Part shown: piece by piece, positions 9,899-18,845 of the stretch | How positions within the stretch are numbered: position 1 is the stretch's first letter | How the letters are laid out: each line of letters begins with the position of its first letter | NCBI GenBank assembly: GCA_036278715.1 | Contig: DASUKN010000105.1 | Coordinates: 6,042 to 70,041 of the forward strand | Length of the DNA: 64,000 nt | Origin: Candidatus Udaeobacter sp. | GTDB taxonomy: Bacteria; Verrucomicrobiota; Verrucomicrobiia; Chthoniobacterales; UBA10450 | Direction: 5' to 3' | Program-made: the position numbers and the translations under genes | Notes under the pieces: model-generated | Database searches by the model: none | The model's input: the letters and a program-made list of their open reading frames with translations, nothing else | Told to the model about the DNA's origin: nothing

Positions 9899-10366
9899 AT
9901 GCCTATTGCCCTTCCAGATCTGCTAACTCAGGAAAAGGTGATCCTCCGGTTGCGCTCGCGAAAGCCAGCGAACGCGATTCGCGAGATCGTGGACGTGCTC
10001 GCGTCCGATATCGGCGGAAGGAAGATCCAAAACCCCGAAGCTTTTCTCGAGCAAGTGCTCGCTCGCGAGGAGACGCATCCCAGCGTGGTAGAAAACAGCG
10101 CCGCGTTTCCACATGCCCGCACTGAGATGGTTGATGAAATTGTGATCGGCGTAGGGCGCAGCCGGGCCGGCATTGCGTTCGGAGAAAATCAACAGCGAGC
10201 GCATCTCATTTTCGTGATCGCCGTTCCAGAGCGTTTGATTAGCGATTACCTGGTCTGCGTCGGCACCCTGGCGCGTCTGGTGAAAGACGACACGATCCGG
10301 TCGAGATTGCTTAACGCGGAAACGCCTCACGAATTCGTCGAAGCGTTAACGACTGAAACTCTGTAG
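9899..10366 (+). CDS. ptsN: PTS EIIA type-2 domain protein (PtsN-like nitrogen regulatory EIIA)
   Basis: 155 aa. LL.QEKVILRL...K..AIRE, then the phosphorylatable His in AFPHART, then HLIFVIAVP. Confidence 0.7.
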   Translation: MPIALPDLLTQEKVILRLRSRKPANAIREIVDVLASDIGGRKIQNPEAFLEQVLAREETHPSVVENSAAFPHARTEMVDEIVIGVGRSRAGIAFGENQQRAHLIFVIAVPERLISDYLVCVGTLARLVKDDTIRSRLLNAETPHEFVEALTTETL

Positions 10367-10416
10367 CGGGGCCCGGCGACCCGGCCGGCAGCAGCGATGC
10401 CTGCCAGAAGATCCGC

Positions 10417-11742
10417 TTACCCCAATTGACGAATCGCTCGAAGCGCGGTCTCAATCTCCTGCGGCGTGTTAACGACATTGCAGGCCAGACGCGCATACGA
10501 TACGCGGTACGGAGTGGTAGAAGCGACGATGCGTTGAGCAAGAAGACGCTCTACGACTGCTTCCGGTTTCATCCCTTTCACATCGAAACAGACTATGCCG
10601 GCCGAAAGCTTTTCATCACGCGGTGTGTAGAGCTGGATGTTCGGCATGTGGGCGAGTCCTTCTTTCATTTGAGCATTGAGTTCGTGTGTGCGGGCAGTGA
10701 TTCGTGCCGGCCCGATGTCCTGATGAAACCGAATTGCCTGCGGTAACGCCCAAAAATGTTCGAACGCTTGAAAGCCTCCCGGTGAAAACCATGCCGCTCG
10801 CGCCGAGGAGCCCGGCTCACGTTCCTGCTCCCACGCGGCAAAAAGATCGGGCGAACTAAAGGATGGAATCACTGGACGCATTCTTTTCCAAAGCTCGGGC
10901 TTCGCCCAAACGAACCCGGTCCCGCGCGGACCGAACAGCCATTTGTGGGTGCCGGCCGCAAACGCGTCGCATCCCAGCGCGGTAATCTTTGGATCTTCCA
11001 CGCCAATGCCGTGCACGCCGTCCACGATCAGCAGCACACGATTTTTCTCATCGCGCCCGCGGTTCACGTCGGCCAAAGCGGCGGCGATCCGCGGGATAGG
11101 CAGGCGCAGCCCACTGCTGGAATGCACCCAGGTGACTCCGACCGCTCGCGTCTTTGGCCCAATCGCTTTGCGAATGCGGTCGCTCATTTCATCCGGCGAA
11201 ATTGATTCGTACGAATCGAAGAGGGAAATCTTGCGCCAGGTCGCGCCGCAACGTTCCGTAGCAAGCCGGATCGATTCGTGATGCACATAGTGATCCTGCG
11301 TAGTAGTCAGGATCTCGTCGCCTTCGCGCAAAGGCAGCCCGTGATAGAGGAGAGCGAGACCGGTTGTGGTGTTCTGCGTCAGCGCTATGTCCTGGGCGTC
11401 GCCGCCAATGTAATTGGCGATGGCGCGGCAGACCTGCAACGGGATGTTCTCGTCAGACTGCACGAACATCGCGTTCTCAACCGTAAGCAACGGGTTGGCA
11501 TCGAGCTTCGCCCGGTATTGCTCGATTGCCTGACGCACAGGTCTGGGATGAGAAGCGAGGAAAAACAACGCCAGATGAATGTGATCAGGAGCCAGATCAA
11601 ACTGCCGTCGCACTGATTCCCAGTCCTGGAAATCAACCGGAACGTTCTTCTGTGTTTTAGGCTCGGCGAGCGCCGATGAGAGCGTTCCGGCAACGAGCGA
11701 CAACGAACCACGGATGAGAAAATTGCGGCGAGTTAACGACAT
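10417..11742 (-). CDS. Aminotransferase class V-fold PLP enzyme with twin-arginine signal peptide
   Basis: Start moved to ATG 11742 (MSLTRRNFLIRGSLSLVAGTL, a Tat motif). PLP-lysine block GTHKWLFGPRGTG. Cysteine desulfurase / isopenicillin-N-epimerase-like. Confidence 0.75.
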   Translation of the reverse strand: MSLTRRNFLIRGSLSLVAGTLSSALAEPKTQKNVPVDFQDWESVRRQFDLAPDHIHLALFFLASHPRPVRQAIEQYRAKLDANPLLTVENAMFVQSDENIPLQVCRAIANYIGGDAQDIALTQNTTTGLALLYHGLPLREGDEILTTTQDHYVHHESIRLATERCGATWRKISLFDSYESISPDEMSDRIRKAIGPKTRAVGVTWVHSSSGLRLPIPRIAAALADVNRGRDEKNRVLLIVDGVHGIGVEDPKITALGCDAFAAGTHKWLFGPRGTGFVWAKPELWKRMRPVIPSFSSPDLFAAWEQEREPGSSARAAWFSPGGFQAFEHFWALPQAIRFHQDIGPARITARTHELNAQMKEGLAHMPNIQLYTPRDEKLSAGIVCFDVKGMKPEAVVERLLAQRIVASTTPYRVSYARLACNVVNTPQEIETALRAIRQLG

Positions 11743-11916
11743 AAGTTTTTCCTTTGTTTGACCGTTCAGTAAGTAAATCGATTGCGCGCAGGAAGCGATG
11801 GAATTATACCGGCGAGTCTGTAGTCGCCTCTCTGCGAGACCCGCTGCCGAGGCTGCTAACGTGCAGGATGTACGCCCCGCACAACGAGGCGACAACACGG
11901 GCGGCGGTTTGTAGGC

Positions 11917-13740
11917 CTAACGAGAGCGCGTTTTCCGGGGTGGGCCCAATACCGGTCCGCCACACGTTGCTTTTGGTCCTTTGATGTCAGAGACCTGATC
12001 GTAGCGGAGCGTCTTCATCGTCGCGTTCACGCGTTCGGTCAGTTCGGTGAACGATACATCCGTCTCGCGCGCCGCCTGCGCTTTACGAAATTCTTTGGCC
12101 AGCGCGTACGTGAACACTCCATACCCGATCGTGCCGTGGTGATATTCATAGGCGTAGCCGCTCTCCTGACACGCGGTTAACACCACCGGCATATACGGCC
12201 CGCGCCGCTCGCGTGGCGCTTTCCGGTACTGCGTCGCCGTTTGGTTCTCACGAAGACTCATCGCCGTGCCGAGTTTTTTCGTGCTGCAGTTGCGGCCCAT
12301 ATATTTTTGCCGGAGCTCCCGGCTGCCGCCAAAATCGGGGTTGAGATTTCGAAGGTCCCGCTCTTCCCACATTTGTTCCGCTTTGTTCCAGCGGAGCATT
12401 CGGTGCCGAATATCATCCGGAGGTGTAACGGCGCGAATCTTCCGCGCACCGTCCCGGGTCAGGCCGCCTGAGTGGCAGCAATCAAAAATCGCGAAAAATT
12501 TCGCGGAGTACGGGAGCGCGCTGTAGTACCGCAGGAAATCATCGTCGGTGATAGCGCTGTCTTGCGTCCAATGAAAATCGTACGGCACAAGACATTCATC
12601 AACGTGATCAATTTGTTCTGCGGCGTTGTAGTCGGGCAACTGCGCACCATGGCCGCTGTAGTAAAGCACTCGTTCCTGGCCGTCGGCCGTGCCGTCGAGC
12701 AGCCAGTCAATGCGCTCGCGAATTCCTGCAGCCGTGGCGCGCTCGTCTGTTACGACGCGGATATCTTCTGCGTCGAACCCGATTTCCTGCAGCACACTGC
12801 TCATGAGAAATACATCGTTCACGCAGCCTTCCAGACGTGACGCAGGATCGGGATAATCATTTATGCCCACGAGCAAGGCGCGTCGCCGACGTTGTTGCAC
12901 CGAGTTCTGGAATCGTGTGCTTCGAGCAGTCAACGCACGCACGCCGGGTTGTCGCGCGAGCACGCGATACACGCGTTGCCCCGTCAAATCACGTTGCAGG
13001 TACCCCTCATGGCCAGGGAACTGGTTCAAATCAACAACGGCAGCGTGGCCGGCAATGCGGTCGTCCCATGAAATCTCTTCAAACTTCGGGACACGATCGA
13101 GGATTCGATGGGCGAGAACCGGATCGCTTTTGTTAAACAGGTGAAACCAATACTTCTGATTGACGCCATCGATCTTGTTATTGAAATGCGCCGCTTTCAG
13201 GAACGGGTTGGCGATTTGTGAGCCGAACGTTACTAAATATCGGCCCGCGCACGCGTTTTTGTCCTGGTTGGAAAACGCGTCGTAGCAAATAATGCTACCG
13301 AGACTGTGCGCCATGATCACGTCCGGGTCGAACGTGTTGATTCGCTCGATCAAACGTTTTCGTAACGTGGCGCGCAACGCCGCGTTCTGGTCCCACTCCG
13401 CTACCATTCCTGCGTGCCAGCCGTCGGCCGCTTCAGCGACGGGCGTTGCCCAATCCAGCAAGCCGCGACTCGGACGAAACCAGCCGGAAACAGTCTCAGC
13501 AGCGTCCTCGATAGCAGCTCCGACAGGCGCGAAGCCGAGATGCGCCGCAGCGCCGACGTCGCTCAGGAGATTAATTTTTCCCGAAAATAAATTATCGTAG
13601 TCGAAGCGTTCGTAGGTCGGCGCAAACGCAGGATCGAAATATTGGATCCCCGCGGTGATCGCCTCTTCCCATGGTCGTTCCCACGGCTGATTATCAGGAC
13701 GCTCCTGGTGGCCGACTCCGTGAACCAGGAGTATTTTCAT
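11917..13740 (-). CDS. Alpha/beta-hydrolase-like N-terminal domain fused to caspase/metacaspase (peptidase C14) domain
   Basis: N-terminus has MKILLVHGVGH and AHSLGS (GxSxG). C-terminal half has LLVGINDYPD, catalytic His VLYYSGHGAQ and catalytic Cys FAIFDCCHSGG. Confidence 0.8.
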   Translation of the reverse strand: MKILLVHGVGHQERPDNQPWERPWEEAITAGIQYFDPAFAPTYERFDYDNLFSGKINLLSDVGAAAHLGFAPVGAAIEDAAETVSGWFRPSRGLLDWATPVAEAADGWHAGMVAEWDQNAALRATLRKRLIERINTFDPDVIMAHSLGSIICYDAFSNQDKNACAGRYLVTFGSQIANPFLKAAHFNNKIDGVNQKYWFHLFNKSDPVLAHRILDRVPKFEEISWDDRIAGHAAVVDLNQFPGHEGYLQRDLTGQRVYRVLARQPGVRALTARSTRFQNSVQQRRRRALLVGINDYPDPASRLEGCVNDVFLMSSVLQEIGFDAEDIRVVTDERATAAGIRERIDWLLDGTADGQERVLYYSGHGAQLPDYNAAEQIDHVDECLVPYDFHWTQDSAITDDDFLRYYSALPYSAKFFAIFDCCHSGGLTRDGARKIRAVTPPDDIRHRMLRWNKAEQMWEERDLRNLNPDFGGSRELRQKYMGRNCSTKKLGTAMSLRENQTATQYRKAPRERRGPYMPVVLTACQESGYAYEYHHGTIGYGVFTYALAKEFRKAQAARETDVSFTELTERVNATMKTLRYDQVSDIKGPKATCGGPVLGPPRKTRSR

Positions 13741-13743
13741 CGA

Positions 13744-14556
13744 TTAGACCGTGAACGGTTCCTGTTCCTCGAACGAGTAGTTGGCTGGACCCATGGTAAA
13801 ATAATTCGGTGTTTGCGTCGGCGGCATCAGTTTCACGATCGATTTGTGCAACCCGCGGTAATCGCCCTTGAACTTCCCGTTCTTCCAAACGGCGAGCAGC
13901 GTTTGGGTGAACAATCCGTTACGATCGCCGTCCGCGCTGGTCTGGTTATCCTGGCATCCGGAAATTAACAATGCGGTGCCGCGCATCCGGGTTCGCGAAC
14001 TGGAGCGGTGCTGTTGGATTTTGTCGTAGAACTTCTGGTGATCCATGTAAACGCGCAGAGCAACATCGCGCGGCATCATACGCGGACGCACCGGAGTCAT
14101 GCCGAGCGCGGAAAATTGGATGGCCCGCAGCACCGTGCCGCTGTGGCAACTATCGGACAGCACAAAGATCCGCACTCCGCTGACGAATTGCTTCAACGCA
14201 GTGTAAAGCTCGTCATCAATGATTTCTCCATCGTACAAACACCACGTTTCATCGAAGCCGTCCGGTTCTAAATCGTGGCCGGTGTTGGGCACCTGGCCGC
14301 CGTGTCCCGAATAGGTGAGAAAGAAGATATCGTTCCGTTTCAGTTTCGCAGCTGCGGCTTTGATATCAGCGAGGACCCGGTTGCGTGTTGCCTTCTTCGT
14401 CAGGCGCTTGGTTATTTTGGTAAATCCCTGCGATTTCGCCACTGCCTGCATGTCGTTTGCGTCGAATTCGCACGCCGTGAGTTGACCATCCCATCCGCTG
14501 TATTGTTTTGGATCGACGGCGTTGAGACCGATGTGAAGAGACGCTCCAATTGGCAT
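13744..14556 (-). CDS. Caspase family (peptidase C14) protein, stand-alone p20-like domain
   Basis: Start moved to ATG 14556 (MPIGASLHIGLNAVDP). His motif FFLTYSGHGGQ and Cys motif FVLSDSCHSGT. Stop lies 3 nt before the next gene's start. Confidence 0.8.
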   Translation of the reverse strand: MPIGASLHIGLNAVDPKQYSGWDGQLTACEFDANDMQAVAKSQGFTKITKRLTKKATRNRVLADIKAAAAKLKRNDIFFLTYSGHGGQVPNTGHDLEPDGFDETWCLYDGEIIDDELYTALKQFVSGVRIFVLSDSCHSGTVLRAIQFSALGMTPVRPRMMPRDVALRVYMDHQKFYDKIQQHRSSSRTRMRGTALLISGCQDNQTSADGDRNGLFTQTLLAVWKNGKFKGDYRGLHKSIVKLMPPTQTPNYFTMGPANYSFEEQEPFTV

Positions 14557-14798
14557 AAGCCATCCTTTCGTTTTGGACCAGGGCAGGCATTCTGAACCAG
14601 AAGAACACGGCGGCGCAAGATGATTGTCATCTTGAGCTTCGAGCGTCGCATCCGCATGGCTGAGAGAACGCATTTGCACCGTTCGCCGCGACCACGATTC
14701 GAATCAGGGAAGGTACATCTAGGCCGCAATCTGAATCGGCGTCTGGCAGAGATGCTCTACAATCCAAGCAACACTAGACACCTGGTCGCAATTAAAAG

Positions 14799-14828
14799 TT
14801 GACCATCCTTAAGGAAAATCGTTATGCT
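14799..14828 (+). promoter_or_regulatory. Candidate sigma70-like promoter for the thaumatin-like cassette
   Basis: TTGACC, 17-nt spacer, TTATGC(T), about 95 nt upstream of ATG 14925. Lies in the 368-bp divergent region shared with the caspase operon. Confidence 0.25.
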
Positions 14829-14924
14829 CCGGGGAGTGCCAAGTTTTGCAATTCCTGCATTGAAGCGAAACTGCGCTGAGTTCAGCGTCTCTCGCCTTTC
14901 TCCTCGTTAGTCTGTTCGCCATTT

Positions 14925-17900
14925 ATGAAAACACCTCTGCTCAAATCCTCCTCTATTGTTCTGGCGGTCGCCGCTCTCATGGCCGCATTTTTGCCCGTCC
15001 CACTTGCCCGGGCGGCAACCGATCCCCTGATGCCGAAGGGGCCGGGCGGCGTGCAACCGTTCGATCCCAATCCTTCTGCTCCCGATTCGTTAACCCGACG
15101 TTTCATGACGTATGGCGTCGACCCAGACGGCAACCGCATCCCGCTGAAAACGCTGCGAATCACCAATAATACAGCGCATACCGTGTATCCGATCATGCGA
15201 GACCCGAACTCCATCACCATCAGGGGCAGCACGACAATCGGCTTGTATGATCCGTATGACCCGGCACACAAGGAATACCGCGGTTACATCGGTTACGAGG
15301 AGGGCGGAAAATATTTTTTTGGTCTGAAACGCGGCGAGAGCATCCTCGTGAGGCTGCCTCTGGTTTTCTGGAACGGTGCCCGCATTGGCATTGGGACTGA
15401 CGGTCAATATTTGACGCCGACGGGCGATCCAAATCCTCTGCGTTACGATCCGAACTCGCAACGCTCGATTACCAAAGCTGAGACCGGCGAAGATACCATC
15501 TCGAATGGCGTCGTGATGTGGTATCGGGCCGAAGTTTCCAAGGCGCCTAACGACGATACAGAGGATCAGCTCGCGGAATGGACGATTCGCGATCACGTCT
15601 ACCTGGTCAATCCGCAGATCACGGCAAAAACCAACCATGAAATCCCGGATAACCAACTCGTCACGCTGATCAATTATGACGTCTCGAATGTGGATAACCT
15701 CTATCTGCCGCTGGCTATGGAGGCGAACGACGTCTGGGTGGTACCGCAGAAGTCGGGAACAGGGCCGAATGCTAACCGTGACGGCTGGAAACCCGGGTCG
15801 GTGCCGGACGTGTACGGCTGGACTGGCGCCATCAATAACAATGACTTTCTGCAGACGCGGATCCGGGAATTCACCGCCGACAACAATCAACTTCTGGGAG
15901 AATACTTCGGGAAGAAGAAACCGGGCTGGCCCTTCTATAACATTCCGAATCCTACCAACGATCCGACCCCCCCCCGCAAAATCCCCTCCGGCGCCAATGT
16001 CTTCGCACAGAGCCCACTCAAGGCTGTTCCTTCCAGCTATGGCAACGGACAATGGCAGAACGATAAATACATGCTCTCGAGCGGCGGCACCCAACCGATA
16101 AAAGTGAGCATCGGAAATTCGATCACGGTCAATCCAGCGGGAAGCAAAACCTTGAACGTCAATGAGGTGGATCCGGAAATAAGAGAAAAGTTCGCCGCCA
16201 TTGAAGTGGGAGACGTCGTCATCGGTCGCCCGGCCCCTAGCGTCACCAATCCCATTCAAGATGGCACAACCGTTACGGCTGTGAACCCCCCCAGCGGGAA
16301 CCCCCTTAAGTACACCGTTACCTTGAGCAAAGCGTTGGTCGCCCCGAGCGGGAGCTGCACGTTCGAGTTCACGCGGCCCGTCCACGACTACGCCTCCGAG
16401 GCCATGATCAGGCTTTGGTATTCCTGGGCGCAATATTACCTCTTGCACTGGAAAGACCGCACACCGAACGCTTCCACCACGCCGACGCGGATCAAGGGAT
16501 CCATCGGCAAGAATCTGGCGACGCTGTTCTTCAACGAAGCGCATCCCGAGCTAGTCGAAGGCATGGCGGTCACAGGCCCCGGACTGGACGACGCGACGAC
16601 CGAGAAAGGCATCCACCAGGGGAACGCGGTGATTCTGGAGATCGCCAGCGATAAAAAATCGGTCGTCCTGAGTCAGGTGGTAAACACCGATTCAGAGAAT
16701 AAGCCGTTCACCTTCCATCCTCCGCAACCGCTTTGCACCGGAGCAGACAAAACTGGATGCCTGCTCTGGGCTCCCACTGCGGAAGGAGACCCGGGATATC
16801 CGCTCATCGGAGACAAATTCAGTTTTTCTAACGAGCCGGACTGGCACAACCCGTACGAATTCTCGCAGCAAGTCTATTTGATTATGGCGTCGATGAATCA
16901 GATCGGTGAGCCGAACAACGACAGCGTGTCCAAGTTCATGCAAGACATCGTCGGCGCAAACATGGGCTTCATCTTTACCAATCCTGCGAAAAATACTGGC
17001 GATGCCCAGATGGTAATCGCGATGATTCGGGACATGATAAAATCCGTGCTGCGCGGGGTCTGGGATTTCACCAAATTTCCGGATACGGTTGACGACCACG
17101 GCAACCACCTTAAGTGGTATCCAGATCCGAAGGAACACCGCGGCGATCAGCCGTTCAATGTGTTCAACCTCGATCCGTTCGTCTGGTTCGTTCACGTCCA
17201 ACTGGGCTTCTCGGGCTACGGCTTCTCCGTCGACGACGATACCGCCGACGTCGGCGCCGGCGGGGCCTCAGAACTTCAGCTTAGCGTCACTGGCACAGGT
17301 GGCCTCAAAAACAGGAATGCCTGGAGTATCCAGGCGCCGTACGGTCCGGTGAAAAACCAGCGTCTGCAATATTTCGGCCCGGCGAGCTTGAACGGCGATA
17401 CGCTTTATCACGCCATCACCAATGTCAGTGATACCACCCCGATCAAAATCACCACGGAAGGTGAACACCACCTTGCGAATGGCGATAGCGTATTAATTGA
17501 TCAGGTGATCGGCGACAACGCCGCGAATGGCACTTTCAAGATCGGCAATGCCTCGAGGAAAACGTTCGAGTTATTCGATGCCGCTACGGGAACGATTCCG
17601 GTTGCTCCCAGCGGCAACTACGTTAGCGGCGGGAGATGGGCATATCCACTCCATCCGTACGTGGACACCGGCAATGATTTGACGAAGGTTTTTTATCGCG
17701 TCACCGGGGACGATGCCCTTGGCACTTTCGAGGGCACACTGCTCTCCGTCGACGGCGTGGATCGGAACAAAAGCGGGAAAAAATTCCGGGTCTTTCAGCT
17801 GGGTCGCCAGGATGTTGGACGCCTTCTTTTAGACACTGACCTGACCGATGCGAATGGGACCCCGCTGCCCGCCGGCACTTATACGTTCGATTTCTTCGGA

Positions 17901-18236
17901 ATAGCGGACACCGGCAATGGAGTTGGCGGTCCGCCGCCACCCAAAGCTCCTCTTGGCGCCATCCGCGAGGACATTCATGAGGAAATGGATAGGATCTGGA
18001 AGAGGTTGCACCAGCTCGAAAAGCAGAATGGCGAATCTAAACAATCGGCTCGGAAGGAGAGATGGCTGGAAATGCGGATCTCCGTGCTCACAGCCCGGCT
18101 CGAGTATCCGACCGACGAAGTGCTCCAGCAGCTTGAACAACAGCTCGAAGCGCGCGAATCACTTGGCCGTAAAGCGCTGCGCAAGTTCCTGGACCGCCTG
18201 AACACGCGGATAGTCGAGCTACAAAACGGCGGCTAA
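14925..18236 (+). CDS. Large secreted thaumatin-like (PR-5/TLP fold) protein with big insertions and a C-terminal coiled-coil tail
   Basis: Signal peptide MKTPLLKSSSIVLAVAALMAAFLPVPLARA. Ordered TLP motifs: LRITNNTAHTVYPI, GESILV..FWNGARIGIGTDG, LAEWTI, INYDVSNVDNLYLPLAMEA, YGFSVDDDTADV. The last ~95 aa are heptad-rich and shared with the next large gene. Confidence 0.7.
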   Translation: MKTPLLKSSSIVLAVAALMAAFLPVPLARAATDPLMPKGPGGVQPFDPNPSAPDSLTRRFMTYGVDPDGNRIPLKTLRITNNTAHTVYPIMRDPNSITIRGSTTIGLYDPYDPAHKEYRGYIGYEEGGKYFFGLKRGESILVRLPLVFWNGARIGIGTDGQYLTPTGDPNPLRYDPNSQRSITKAETGEDTISNGVVMWYRAEVSKAPNDDTEDQLAEWTIRDHVYLVNPQITAKTNHEIPDNQLVTLINYDVSNVDNLYLPLAMEANDVWVVPQKSGTGPNANRDGWKPGSVPDVYGWTGAINNNDFLQTRIREFTADNNQLLGEYFGKKKPGWPFYNIPNPTNDPTPPRKIPSGANVFAQSPLKAVPSSYGNGQWQNDKYMLSSGGTQPIKVSIGNSITVNPAGSKTLNVNEVDPEIREKFAAIEVGDVVIGRPAPSVTNPIQDGTTVTAVNPPSGNPLKYTVTLSKALVAPSGSCTFEFTRPVHDYASEAMIRLWYSWAQYYLLHWKDRTPNASTTPTRIKGSIGKNLATLFFNEAHPELVEGMAVTGPGLDDATTEKGIHQGNAVILEIASDKKSVVLSQVVNTDSENKPFTFHPPQPLCTGADKTGCLLWAPTAEGDPGYPLIGDKFSFSNEPDWHNPYEFSQQVYLIMASMNQIGEPNNDSVSKFMQDIVGANMGFIFTNPAKNTGDAQMVIAMIRDMIKSVLRGVWDFTKFPDTVDDHGNHLKWYPDPKEHRGDQPFNVFNLDPFVWFVHVQLGFSGYGFSVDDDTADVGAGGASELQLSVTGTGGLKNRNAWSIQAPYGPVKNQRLQYFGPASLNGDTLYHAITNVSDTTPIKITTEGEHHLANGDSVLIDQVIGDNAANGTFKIGNASRKTFELFDAATGTIPVAPSGNYVSGGRWAYPLHPYVDTGNDLTKVFYRVTGDDALGTFEGTLLSVDGVDRNKSGKKFRVFQLGRQDVGRLLLDTDLTDANGTPLPAGTYTFDFFGIADTGNGVGGPPPPKAPLGAIREDIHEEMDRIWKRLHQLEKQNGESKQSARKERWLEMRISVLTARLEYPTDEVLQQLEQQLEARESLGRKALRKFLDRLNTRIVELQNGG

Positions 18237-18579
18237 GAAGGCATTGAGAACCATTCGAACCGCCGGAGCACAGCAATAGCCTAACGAGTAGGTCAAGTTC
18301 CAGGTTTAGTGAAATGCGGAATTCGCCAACGCTGACGAACGCCTCAAGAGTATTCATCGCTGTCCTTGTAGGTCTCTCGCTCAGTACGGAGGGACAATCG
18401 CCATCCCCCCCGATTTATTCCAGAGTGTCGGAGTCGATGCTCCCTCCCAATGTTGTCATCTCGTTAAGCGAGGTGAACCGGTTGTTCCCGGAAGTCACGC
18501 ACGAAGCGAGTACCGGGCAGAACTTGACTGCAGTCGGCAATCCCAAAGCGACAAGGAGCGTCATCTACACCAATAGCGA
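17931..18579 (+). repeat. Copy A of a ~650-bp duplicated module (3' coiled-coil coding end, spacer, 5' part of the small ORF)
   Basis: Aligns base-for-base with 21257..21897. Example shared string: cctaacgagtaggtcaagttc[c/g]aggtttagtgaaatgcggaattcgccaacgctgacgaacgcct. Confidence 0.85.
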
Positions 18580-18658
18580 ACCGGCAATGAGATTTTCGAG
18601 GGCACCGTCAGTCAAACCTGAACACGGATCCCGAGATAGCCGCGTGATTGCAGCTTAA
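18314..18658 (+). CDS. Truncated/diverged paralogue of the 196-aa partner ORF (possible pseudogene)
   Basis: The first ~88 aa (MRNSPTLTNASRVFIAVLVGLSLSTEGQ...SVIYTNS) are near-identical to 21632..22222. Similarity ends abruptly at ~18579. Confidence 0.45.
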   Translation: MRNSPTLTNASRVFIAVLVGLSLSTEGQSPSPPIYSRVSESMLPPNVVISLSEVNRLFPEVTHEASTGQNLTAVGNPKATRSVIYTNSEPAMRFSRAPSVKPEHGSRDSRVIAA

Positions 18659-18845
18659 TGCAAACGGAAAACAGATTACTCAGCTGAGGAATTGCGGTGA
18701 GTGGCGGCGGCGGGAATGTAATTCTCTCCGTGTGGTGTCGAGTTTGAACGATGGTTTTGTTTGGAATTCTCTCAAAGCCTTCGCGGAATTGACATTGAAC
18801 AAGTCTACTGTGAAGATCGCCTGCTCCCTTCGCCTTGTTCGTTTT

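Noticed and set aside
14557-14924. Looked for a gasdermin-like or other small effector gene upstream of the caspase operon.
   Set aside because: Only short, overlapping, Arg-rich ORFs without coding character are present. I treat the region as a divergent promoter/5'-UTR region.
15090-16544. 484-aa minus-strand ORF inside the first thaumatin-like gene. Similar long antisense ORFs lie at 19929-20693 and 20736-21296 inside the second.
   Set aside because: Arg/Gly/Asp/Val-rich shadow ORFs with no motifs. The plus-strand frames carry a signal peptide, ordered fold motifs and paralogue conservation, so the antisense frames are by-products of codon bias.
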